DNA from: Candidatus Woesebacteria bacterium
Lineage (GTDB): Bacteria; Patescibacteriota; Microgenomatia; UBA8517
Direction of reading: 5' to 3'
Length of the DNA: 64,000 bases
Assembly: GCA_016432525.1 (NCBI GenBank)
Contig: CP066693.1
Location: 224,815-288,814 of the forward strand
The position numbers and the translations under genes were made by a program. Position 1 is the stretch's first letter. Each line of letters begins with the position of its first letter. Below, piece after piece: positions 1 to 7,947 of this stretch. Below the pieces are notes generated by a model that saw nothing but the letters and a program-made list of their open reading frames with translations, did no database searches and was not told the DNA's origin.

Positions 1-923
1 CGTTTAGTGTTTTCAGAGGTGTAATCGTGATTAAATTTATTTACAACACCCTTTTCGTAAAATTCTTCATATTTACTACTTTTAGTTGTGCTAATTCTAA
101 AATATCCTCCCAAATCTTGAGCGCAAGCTATTTCAGCTTGAGTTGCAAGTGTTTCATGGATTTTTTCTCCTGCTCTAATTCCAATTATTTTGATTTTATT
201 TTTAACATTAAAAATATTAAGAATAGCATGGGCTAGATCCCCAATCGTGGCAGCAGGAGCCTTTTTAATGAACAAATCTCCTTGATTTCCTTTTTTAATT
301 GCTAGTTCGACTAGTCGAATAGAGTCATCTAGAGAGAGAAGAAACCTTGTCATTAATGGATGTGTAACTAGTAGTGCCTTTTTTTGTTTAATTTGATCGA
401 TAAATAGGGGAATAACTGAACCGCGGGTTGCCATAACATTTCCATATCTTACAGCACAAAAGACAGTATCTTTTGAATTTCGTGCATGACTTCCTACAAG
501 TTTTTCTGCCAGAGCTTTGCTCATACCCATGGCATTGATTGGATAGACAGCTTTATCAGATGATAAAAGTACTACCTTTTTAACTTTATTTTCTTCAGCT
601 GCCGAAAAAACATTTTCAGTGCCTAGGATATTTGTTTTTACAATTTCGAGGGGAAAAAATTCTCCAGTTGGAACCTGTTTTAAAGCCGCAGCATGGAAGA
701 TAAAATCTACCTCCCGACAAGCTTTAGTAATAGAATCTTTATCACGTACATCACCAATAATATAAGAAAGTTTGGGAGAATTAAAATAATGGAACATGTC
801 GTGTTGTTTTTTCTCATCACGACTGAAAATAATAATTTCTGAAATTTTCTTGTCTTTTAAAAAATGCTTTGTAACAGCATTACCAAATGATCCTGTTCCT
901 CCAGTAATAAGCAATTTAGACAT
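1..923 (-). CDS. UDP-N-acetylglucosamine 4,6-dehydratase, PseB/FlaA1/CapD family (3'-partial; the C-terminus lies beyond the window start)
   Basis: Reverse-complement translation from ATG (complement of 921-923) gives MSKLLITGGTGSFGNAVTKHFL...IIFSRDE...IGDVRD...HAAALKQVP...RYGNV...GSVIP. The LITGGTGSFG Rossmann motif and SRDE/HAAALK blocks are typical of PseB/FlaA1/Cap5E. The ORF track misses it because it has no in-window stop. Confidence 0.8.
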   Translation of the reverse strand, partial: MSKLLITGGTGSFGNAVTKHFLKDKKISEIIIFSRDEKKQHDMFHYFNSPKLSYIIGDVRDKDSITKACREVDFIFHAAALKQVPTGEFFPLEIVKTNILGTENVFSAAEENKVKKVVLLSSDKAVYPINAMGMSKALAEKLVGSHARNSKDTVFCAVRYGNVMATRGSVIPLFIDQIKQKKALLVTHPLMTRFLLSLDDSIRLVELAIKKGNQGDLFIKKAPAATIGDLAHAILNIFNVKNKIKIIGIRAGEKIHETLATQAEIACAQDLGGYFRISTTKSSKYEEFYEKGVVNKFNHDYTSENTK

Positions 924-927
924 AATA

Positions 928-1605
928 TCAAATAAATTTCTTAACTAATTTTGCTGATTTTCCCCAATATGGAATATCGTAGGCTCTAATAATACCCATG
1001 CGTTTTCTACCAGTTTTTTGTAATATTTCCATTGCAAATTTATGTCTGAAACTGATGACGGGGTAAGGGGAAAGAACACAAATCATTTTTCTTGGAGTCA
1101 CTCGCAATCCTTTTTCTATATTCACTCTCCCCATTTCTCCACTTAAATGAGCTGGCGTGCCATTGGGGAATTTAGCATATCTTTCCTCCAAAGCTTCTAT
1201 TGTTAATTCTCTGGGTGCTATCATTGTACAATTTCCAATGCGATTATTCATTGAATAAGTTGGTTCGCCAAAAGTGAAAAGTGCCCATCTATGCATGTTG
1301 TATGCAAAGGTATCCATCGGAGGTCTGTAAAAACTATAATGACCTTTTGGATATAAAGTATCATCATCAGCGATACCAATATAAGGAGTTTTAGCTGCCT
1401 TAGCACCTCTTAAAACTTGAAAAAAGACATTTGAAACACTCTCCGGTTCTGTTTGAATTATATTCATTCCCCATTTCATCGGTTTTCTTGAAATGGTAAT
1501 AATAGGGTAACCTTCTGCTGCTTCAAGTAACTTTTTTTTATGGTACCGCGCCCATTTTTCAGGAACTTTATTTTGAGTTAGCATTATTATGGTTAGATCT
1601 GGCAT
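928..1605 (-). CDS. Putative GT-A-fold glycosyltransferase (DxD motif ADDD); paralog of 4007..4687
   Basis: 225 aa. N-terminal M-DLTIIM, PIITISRKPMKWG, ADDDTLYP and C-terminal PYWG blocks are shared with the 226-aa product of 4007..4687. Only 2 nt separate it from the upstream gene. Confidence 0.45.
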   Translation of the reverse strand: MPDLTIIMLTQNKVPEKWARYHKKKLLEAAEGYPIITISRKPMKWGMNIIQTEPESVSNVFFQVLRGAKAAKTPYIGIADDDTLYPKGHYSFYRPPMDTFAYNMHRWALFTFGEPTYSMNNRIGNCTMIAPRELTIEALEERYAKFPNGTPAHLSGEMGRVNIEKGLRVTPRKMICVLSPYPVISFRHKFAMEILQKTGRKRMGIIRAYDIPYWGKSAKLVKKFI

Positions 1606-1607
1606 AT

Positions 1608-2393
1608 TTAGGAATTATACTCCCATTTATAATCTCCTCTTAAATAGCAATCTTTAGCTGTGGTAGCTTTCTTTTTTATATCTAATATAGATAGTCTTTC
1701 GCCGTTTAAAAATCTTTTTTCCAATTCTTCAACCGAAATGCCAGTTATATGGCTTGGAAAATCGGTTTGCACCTGATTTGCAATGTTGTTTATTATTTTA
1801 GGTTTATCAAAACAAATCGTTAAAGAACGATTCGGAGGATTAGCCCATAACGCACCTTCCAAAAAATTGGGATTTTTCATATCATTTACCTCTATAATTG
1901 TAAGGATATCTTCTCTTTTAAAGATATGTCCTCCCACTGCCATCGGATAGCCCCAATTGCGTAAGCGGTGATTATACAAATTTCCTCCTTTGGCGTACGG
2001 TCTCCATTCCCATTTATTACTCTTTAATATTGGTTGATTTTTATATCGGTAATTTGGAGCCATTCTTAAACTCAAAGTCAATATATCTGGATTTTTTTTA
2101 AATTCATTAAACTCCGGACAATTTTCCTGAAAAGGATTTATCATAACATCATCATCAACTAAAAAAAATATGTAATCCGTACCGTTTTTTATAAGTTCTA
2201 GTAGTTGTATTTTAAAGTCGTAACGCAAAACAAAATTAACTGAAGGATACATTTTAATTAATTTGTCATATCCTGCCTTAAATGGGGGATCATAAAAATA
2301 AAGAACATTCACTGGAATTGATAGACCTCTTAGTAAAAGCTCTAGTTGGCAAGCTCTATTTCTGCTGAATGCAATTGTGGTGATTTCTGGCAT
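1608..2393 (-). CDS. Glycosyltransferase, GT-A fold (LVDDDVM DxD motif)
   Basis: 261 aa with FFLVDDDVMINP in a nucleotide-diphospho-sugar transferase-like arrangement. Reading-frame-coupled to neighbours. Confidence 0.5.
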   Translation of the reverse strand: MPEITTIAFSRNRACQLELLLRGLSIPVNVLYFYDPPFKAGYDKLIKMYPSVNFVLRYDFKIQLLELIKNGTDYIFFLVDDDVMINPFQENCPEFNEFKKNPDILTLSLRMAPNYRYKNQPILKSNKWEWRPYAKGGNLYNHRLRNWGYPMAVGGHIFKREDILTIIEVNDMKNPNFLEGALWANPPNRSLTICFDKPKIINNIANQVQTDFPSHITGISVEELEKRFLNGERLSILDIKKKATTAKDCYLRGDYKWEYNS

Positions 2394-2396
2394 ATT

Positions 2397-2684
2397 TTAT
2401 AAGTGTAATAAATTATGAAAATTGCTTAGTACTGTAGTGTATGGCTTCTCCCGGTTGAAATCTATACGGTATTTAAATAAGGGATATATTTCACGAAATC
2501 TAAATTTTCTTTCCGTCCCCGGATTTGTATCATGAACAACAATATAATCTGCTGAATTTGTTAATCTTTTTATTTCCTCTTTTCTTCTTGATGGAGGATC
2601 ATGGTCCACTAAAACCACACTCCAGTATCCTGTCATATCAATTTTATTCCAGTCCTCAACGAGATGAATTTCATGGTAATCGTT
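2397..2684 (-). pseudogene. N-terminally truncated paralog of the adjacent SAM-dependent methyltransferase (C-terminal half only)
   Basis: In-frame translation upstream of the annotated Met continues to a stop at 2685-2687. It reads VEDWNKIDMTGYWSVVLVDHDPPSRRKEEIKRLTNSADYIVVHDT, which aligns with residues ~80-140 of the 165-aa methyltransferase (VANWDEVDISSHMGVVFIDHMPSIRRGIDAIRFRNLADYIVLHDT). The glycine-rich SAM-binding motif I is absent. Confidence 0.55.
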
Positions 2685-2694
2685 TTAAACTTTA

Positions 2695-3192
2695 CTAGGA
2701 TGGCTTTAATTCTAAAAACGATAAATCTTTAAAATTACTTACTACAGAAACCCAACCAAGAGCTTCTTTCCATGTATATTGATATTTAAAATGCGACCAC
2801 ATTGTTTCATAACCATATTTTGTTCCTTCTGTATCATGCAATACAATATAATCAGCTAAATTTCTAAATCTAATTGCATCTATGCCACGTCTTATTGAAG
2901 GCATGTGGTCTATAAATACAACTCCCATATGGGATGAAATATCTACTTCATCCCAGTTGGCTACGAATTTAATTCTGTGGAGTTTGCTTTGATATTGCCT
3001 GGCAAAATTGTAGTATTCTGGATCACTTTCCAAGCTTATTAAACGTCGATTCATGTCCCTACATAGCCAATGAAGAAGTGGCGTACTATAGATTCCAGTT
3101 CCTAGTTCTACGATATCTCCTTCACTTTTTAGAAGGATATTAACCAAAATAGCCATATAGGATGTATATCTTTTACCTAAATTTATTTTCAT
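2695..3192 (-). CDS. Class I SAM-dependent methyltransferase
   Basis: 165 aa. VELGTGIYSTPLL is a glycine-rich motif I, followed by acidic motif II and FIDH motif. Confidence 0.65.
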   Translation of the reverse strand: MKINLGKRYTSYMAILVNILLKSEGDIVELGTGIYSTPLLHWLCRDMNRRLISLESDPEYYNFARQYQSKLHRIKFVANWDEVDISSHMGVVFIDHMPSIRRGIDAIRFRNLADYIVLHDTEGTKYGYETMWSHFKYQYTWKEALGWVSVVSNFKDLSFLELKPS

Positions 3193-4004
3193 TATTTTAC
3201 TCCATATCTATTAAATATTTTTACTAATCTTTCAGGTAGAATTTGTACACCGACTCTATTTTTGCCTCGTAAAAAGAAATCGAGTTGGTCGGGACGTGGA
3301 TTTCCAGGATTTATTGGCCTTGGAGCGAAATGGAAATGTGCCACCCTGATTGGTTTTAACGCAGCAACGTAATTTGAACCGACATTGAAGGAGTGGAAGT
3401 TATAGGTTATGTTTGCTTTTTTAATTCTTTCATAAATGTTTTTAGCTAAAGGTATTTTAGGGGAGGGATAACTTTTAAACCATTTTTGAGGACTATGACA
3501 ACAATAGCTAACTCTTGTTAGCACACAAAAAGCCTTTTCTTCATCGATTTGATATTTATACATAATATTTTTAATCGAATTAAAAATATCTTCTGATGAA
3601 TCTTTAAAAAAGAAACTTCCAGTGCTCCATTTTGGATATCGGCCAAAATCTGGCAGTAAAATATCTACCTTGTCAAATTCTAACTCAGATTCTGCAAAGT
3701 TAATTAATTGGTAAGCATCAAGATCATGAAACCAATATATTGTTCCTTTTTCAATTAATTTTCGTTCCAATAAATTAATGATGACGTTAATTTTGCTTGC
3801 TGCCGGACAAAAAGGGCAAAAATTTTCATCTCCTATTACAAACGACTTAACTCCATTGTATTCGTACGCAAAATTGGTTACTAATAGTAAGTCTTGTCTT
3901 TTCCATCCCAAATCTAAACTATTGTCAATTTGAATTTTTACTGCAATTTTTCCCTCATCATCAAAGTCCCTTTTGGGGTTTATATAAATTAATAAATTTT
4001 TCAT
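3192..4004 (-). CDS. Conserved hypothetical protein (unknown family; paralog of 5577..6308; possible sugar transferase)
   Basis: 270 aa. Shares QIDNSLDLGWK, VTNF.EYNGVK, HD.DA, GSFFFKD, NITYNF and HFH blocks with the 243-aa product of 5577..6308. Confidence 0.5.
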   Translation of the reverse strand: MKNLLIYINPKRDFDDEGKIAVKIQIDNSLDLGWKRQDLLLVTNFAYEYNGVKSFVIGDENFCPFCPAASKINVIINLLERKLIEKGTIYWFHDLDAYQLINFAESELEFDKVDILLPDFGRYPKWSTGSFFFKDSSEDIFNSIKNIMYKYQIDEEKAFCVLTRVSYCCHSPQKWFKSYPSPKIPLAKNIYERIKKANITYNFHSFNVGSNYVAALKPIRVAHFHFAPRPINPGNPRPDQLDFFLRGKNRVGVQILPERLVKIFNRYGVK

Positions 4005-4006
4005 CC

Positions 4007-4687
4007 CTAATGTCTATAGCCAATGTCATAATATTTTTTTCTAAAATCAGATCCAGATCCCCAATAGGGGAGCTTATGCCGATCTAATCTATCAGAATGG
4101 GTATAATGCCGCATGCTTTGAGATGTTTTTATCTGAACAACGGCATTTTTAGTCTCATAAAACTCAATTTCATTTTGTAAAAATACATCCTCTTGTTTTT
4201 GATGAGTACGCTCTTTTGGGAAATTTTTTTCTTCAACTGACCAATCTGGAGCACCTTCAAAAAGTTTATTCAAAGTTTCCAGATAAAATTTAGTTCCTAC
4301 AATTTGTGCATGAGTTGCCCCTTCTTCTTTTTTCCAAAAAAATGCCCGATACGTAGGCATTACATACAAATTTCTATTGCGAAAGCATCGATCATCTCTT
4401 TTTGGAATAAATTGAAAATAATCTGGTGGATATAAACAATCAGCTTCGGCAGAAAGTATGAAGCGAGTTTTTACCTCTCGACAAGCAATTTGAACTTGTC
4501 TAAACATATTAAATCCAGATGCTCCAACATCTCCAACGCAAATATTCTTACCAAAGTCGATTGGTTTTTGGGTAACACTAATAATTGGCAATTTGCCACA
4601 AACCTTTAAAATATTATCTCTAATTCTTTGTTCAAATTCAGGTTTCTCACGATTGGATGAATAATAAATAATTGTTACATCACCCAT
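4007..4687 (-). CDS. Putative GT-A-fold glycosyltransferase (paralog of 928..1605)
   Basis: 226 aa. M-DVTIIYYSS, PIISVTQKPIDFG, AEADCLYP and PYWG blocks parallel 928..1605. Confidence 0.45.
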   Translation of the reverse strand: MGDVTIIYYSSNREKPEFEQRIRDNILKVCGKLPIISVTQKPIDFGKNICVGDVGASGFNMFRQVQIACREVKTRFILSAEADCLYPPDYFQFIPKRDDRCFRNRNLYVMPTYRAFFWKKEEGATHAQIVGTKFYLETLNKLFEGAPDWSVEEKNFPKERTHQKQEDVFLQNEIEFYETKNAVVQIKTSQSMRHYTHSDRLDRHKLPYWGSGSDFRKKYYDIGYRH

Positions 4688-4689
4688 TG

Positions 4690-5553
4690 CTATATTTTAA
4701 ATTCTTTCGCATATTCAGAAAGTGCTAAATGCCAATCACGCATTTCTGAGAGTCCAGTTTTAGTAAGCTTTTTGTCACTTAAAACCTCCGATCTGGTATG
4801 AGGGCACTGAAGAGGGAATAGCTTAAAATATTCATTATAAGTAACAGGAATAAGTTCAATTTTTTTAGAAAGCCCTAAAATAGAAACAAACTCCTTAAGA
4901 ACTTCAAAGCGACTCGCCTCTCCCTTTCCAGGGCAGTTATAAGTTCCAAAGGAAGGTTTTTTTTCAACAATATTTTTCAAAGTTTTAGCAAAATCCATTG
5001 TATAAGTTGGGTTACCATAAACATCAGAAATTCCATATATCTTTTTCGCGTCTAATTTTATTTGTTTATAAATTTTATTGACAAACTTTTTATCAACAAG
5101 AGGTCCTCCTCCCATAGCCCATCCGCTTCTTATAATGTAGTGTTTAGGATATGTTTTGACTGCAACTTCGCCATAATATTTACTTCTACCATAGTGATTA
5201 ATAGGATCAGCTGTATCGTTCTCGGAATAAATTTTTTTCTTGCCGTTAAAAATCCCAGCAGTACCAATATATACAATAGGAATGTCTAAAATTTTTGCAA
5301 GCTCAACCATATTTTGGGTTCCAGTGTGATTTGTTAAATATGCGTCAGTTGGATTAAATTCTGCTTTAAAATGATCAGTTTCAGCAGCCAAATGAAGTAT
5401 TAAATCTATTTTTCGGGAAGCATAGGACGTTACTTGCTTTATGTTTCGGACATCGAGCTCAATACTTCCGGTTACAATTAAATCATGGTTATTAAACACC
5501 TTTTTAACTGAGGTGCCTAACATTCCATTAGCGCCGGTGATTAAAACTTTCAT
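4690..5553 (-). CDS. RmlD-like NAD(P)H-dependent sugar-nucleotide 4-reductase (dTDP-4-dehydrorhamnose reductase family SDR)
   Basis: 287 aa. MKVLITGANGMLG N-terminal Rossmann motif, HLAA, and YGRSK catalytic Y-x3-K are typical of RfbD/Cap5F/FnlB-type reductases. Confidence 0.75.
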   Translation of the reverse strand: MKVLITGANGMLGTSVKKVFNNHDLIVTGSIELDVRNIKQVTSYASRKIDLILHLAAETDHFKAEFNPTDAYLTNHTGTQNMVELAKILDIPIVYIGTAGIFNGKKKIYSENDTADPINHYGRSKYYGEVAVKTYPKHYIIRSGWAMGGGPLVDKKFVNKIYKQIKLDAKKIYGISDVYGNPTYTMDFAKTLKNIVEKKPSFGTYNCPGKGEASRFEVLKEFVSILGLSKKIELIPVTYNEYFKLFPLQCPHTRSEVLSDKKLTKTGLSEMRDWHLALSEYAKEFKI

Positions 5554-5576
5554 TTTATAATGTAATCATTTCAAGC

Positions 5577-6308
5577 TTAGCTTATTCCATGGTATTTAAA
5601 AATCTTTATCAAACGCTCGCTCATTAAAGGCATATTAAGACCATTTTTGCCATACATAAAAATATCAAGAGTGGGAAGTCGCCTGCTAAAGGGGTGAAAA
5701 TGTACAATCCGTATCGGCTTAATTGCTCTTTCATAATTTGACTCAACATTCCTCATCCCAAAGTTATAAGTTACATTAAGTCTTTTGCATCTTTCAGAAA
5801 TTGCAGGATCTTGAGTCAGCTCCATCATTACAGTCTCATCTTCAATATCCTTAAAAATCTCTGGCCTTGTTTTTACAAAAATATCCTTGCTATTGTCCTT
5901 AAAAAAGAAACTGCCCATGCACCATCTAGGCCTCCAACCATAATCAGTAAGTCCGCAATCTATATTATCAAGCTCTAACTCTTTTTCTGTTATGGATGAA
6001 TTTTGAATTGCATCAGAATCATGATTCCAGTATATTTTTCCTTTTTCCACTATCTTCTCATCAATTAAAAAGGGGATAATAGCAGTCTTAATTGAACGAG
6101 GCCTCACAGCACAAAAATGTTCATCGGGAACTATAATTGCTTTTACGCCATTATATTCCCAGGAAAAATTTGTAACTACCAAAATATCTTTTGGCTTCCA
6201 TCCCAAGTCCAGACTGTTATCAACTTGTAGTCTAAATTCAGTAACATAAGGATCACCAAATTTTTTCTGTGGAGAAATAAAAACTAATAAATTTTTTAAA
6301 TTTTCCAT
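5577..6308 (-). CDS. Conserved hypothetical protein (paralog of 3192..4004)
   Basis: 243 aa with the same conserved blocks as 3192..4004 (QVDNSLDLGWK, VTNFSWEYNGVK, HDSDA, GSFFFKD, VTYNF, HFH). Confidence 0.5.
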   Translation of the reverse strand: MENLKNLLVFISPQKKFGDPYVTEFRLQVDNSLDLGWKPKDILVVTNFSWEYNGVKAIIVPDEHFCAVRPRSIKTAIIPFLIDEKIVEKGKIYWNHDSDAIQNSSITEKELELDNIDCGLTDYGWRPRWCMGSFFFKDNSKDIFVKTRPEIFKDIEDETVMMELTQDPAISERCKRLNVTYNFGMRNVESNYERAIKPIRIVHFHPFSRRLPTLDIFMYGKNGLNMPLMSERLIKIFKYHGIS

Positions 6309-7078
6309 TTAGGTCTAATTTCCTTTTCATAATACTCCTCCCAAATTCTTAAAGAATAAGCCCAACATTCCTCATTTTTGGAAGGGTTCTCAGCTGTTCC
6401 ATTGTTGTGAGTCCTTGGAAAATCTCTGTGTCTATGAGCATGCCAAGTGTTTTTGTCTATCATCAATTTACCCCCGGCTTTCCAGGTTTTAAATACCATT
6501 TCGTGGCTATCTTGATAATGGGGGCCATAACCTTCATTTTCAAGCTCCCCAATGACTTTGTCCCACCAAGCTCGCCTCATTACCCAACAGGACCCTTGCA
6601 TTGCCATAGATTCTTGAATCGGCTGAGTTGGATCTCCAGGAGCTTCAACTCCTGAGAATTTTCTAACTCCAGGTGCCATGTTAACAATCTTAAGCTTCAT
6701 GAAATCAACTGGTGGTATATTCATAACTTCCCATTTTGTGGGATCAAGGAAATATCGTCTTGGGGTGATGATCCAGTTTGGTTGGCAATCGCGGGTTAAA
6801 ATGACATCATAACCCTTGCCAAACATCTGATGTTCATCGTTGCGCATTAAAAATTCGCCTCTCGAAATTGCGACACCAGCATTAATTGCACGCCTCATTC
6901 CGCGATTTTTGCCAAGATGGAGGACTCTCACTCTTTCTTCATTTTTTATCGGGGTACTTGGCCAGTAACCATCAAGGACAGCAATAATTTCTATTTCTCC
7001 CTCGGCATTTTCAAGAAGTGAATCAATGGTCTTGTGGAGTAGGGGATCTTTATAAGATGGAATTACGACTGAAAGCAT
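6296..7078 (-). CDS. Family 2 glycosyltransferase
   Basis: 260 aa. N-terminal VVIPSYKD, DG and GKNRGMRRAINAGVAISRGEF match the GT2 signature. It is the first gene of the minus-strand operon. Confidence 0.8.
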   Translation of the reverse strand: MLSVVIPSYKDPLLHKTIDSLLENAEGEIEIIAVLDGYWPSTPIKNEERVRVLHLGKNRGMRRAINAGVAISRGEFLMRNDEHQMFGKGYDVILTRDCQPNWIITPRRYFLDPTKWEVMNIPPVDFMKLKIVNMAPGVRKFSGVEAPGDPTQPIQESMAMQGSCWVMRRAWWDKVIGELENEGYGPHYQDSHEMVFKTWKAGGKLMIDKNTWHAHRHRDFPRTHNNGTAENPSKNEECWAYSLRIWEEYYEKEIRPKWKI

Positions 7079-7121
7079 TTGCAGTGATTATATGACACTC
7101 TTGACTCATTCGCTAGTATCT

Positions 7122-7267
7122 AAGGCCGTTGTATATGGGCCAAAAATAGTCGTTATCACAAGAAGAAATAGCATGACTTAATAGATTACGAGAACGTTCT
7201 TTAGAAAAAATAAATTACCCAAAAAAATAATATTGGCTTCATCTCAAGCCGTTTATATGGGCAAAAA
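7122..7267. repeat. Two copies of a ~22-25 bp imperfect direct repeat in the operon's upstream region
   Basis: AAGGCCGTTGTATATGGGCCAAAAA at 7122-7146 and AAGCCGTTTATATGGGCAAAAA at 7246-7267, about 125 bp apart in the 260-bp intergenic region. Possible regulator binding sites. Confidence 0.4.
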
Positions 7268-7338
7268 CTCCTTTCAGAGAATCACAAAAACCGCTCTCAA
7301 AGATAAACGGGAGAGCAGGCTCTGATCCAAAAATAACA

Positions 7339-7947
7339 CTAAAATACATTGTGGAAGTAATCGTATCTTAGTTGCACACGCTTATCCCAGTTGCCTGGGA
7401 ATCCAGAATCTCCCTTAGTGTAACGAAACGAACTCGTGTCTGTATCTTCTCTCATGATAAACCACTTTCCATCCTTATTTGTAAATCCATAGTAAGTGAT
7501 AACATTATCATCAATCTCAGAAATCCTATATCCATCTGTAGGTTGAAGTTGAGCTGGATCAATTTTATTACCATTGATATCTTCTAAAGCAGTCGTTGCG
7601 GGTCCTGTCACTTTTCCAAAAAATGGAACTTGGGTTCTTTTACCAAGAATTGAAAAGAGGAAAAAAGAAAGACCCGCAGCCCCAATAACCTTAAGAAATC
7701 CTCGCTTGTCGATATCGGAAACCTCTTCCTCTTTTTGAATACTTACTGACGGCTTGACTTTGACAATCGACAATTTTGACATCTTATGATCCTTGTCTAA
7801 AAAAGCCTTAAGAGCAAAATAAACAAGCCCTGGATAAAGAACAATAGCAACAGCTAGTTGGACGTAGGTTGTAGCAGTTACAAACATTGCAATTACTACA
7901 AGACTGGAAATTAAAAAGCTGGAATAAACCAAAAACTTACGCATCAA
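7339..7947 (-). CDS. Membrane-anchored hypothetical protein
   Basis: 202 aa with two N-terminal hydrophobic helices. Overlaps the upstream gene's stop by 4 nt. Confidence 0.45.
   Translation of the reverse strand: MMRKFLVYSSFLISSLVVIAMFVTATTYVQLAVAIVLYPGLVYFALKAFLDKDHKMSKLSIVKVKPSVSIQKEEEVSDIDKRGFLKVIGAAGLSFFLFSILGKRTQVPFFGKVTGPATTALEDINGNKIDPAQLQPTDGYRISEIDDNVITYYGFTNKDGKWFIMREDTDTSSFRYTKGDSGFPGNWDKRVQLRYDYFHNVF

Noticed and set aside
27-236. 69-aa plus-strand ORF at the window start
   Set aside because: It lies antisense within the clearly homologous PseB/CapD dehydratase coding sequence; low-complexity translation.
5062-5289. Assorted short antisense ORFs inside well-supported genes (e.g. 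5062..5289, 6407..6655, 17392..17649, 20212..20502, 21374..22204, 26655..26846, 31980..32460, 41527..41709, 50531..50996, 55277..55483)
   Set aside because: They lie antisense to long ORFs with strong homology and have no translation signals. Expected by chance in AT-rich sequence.
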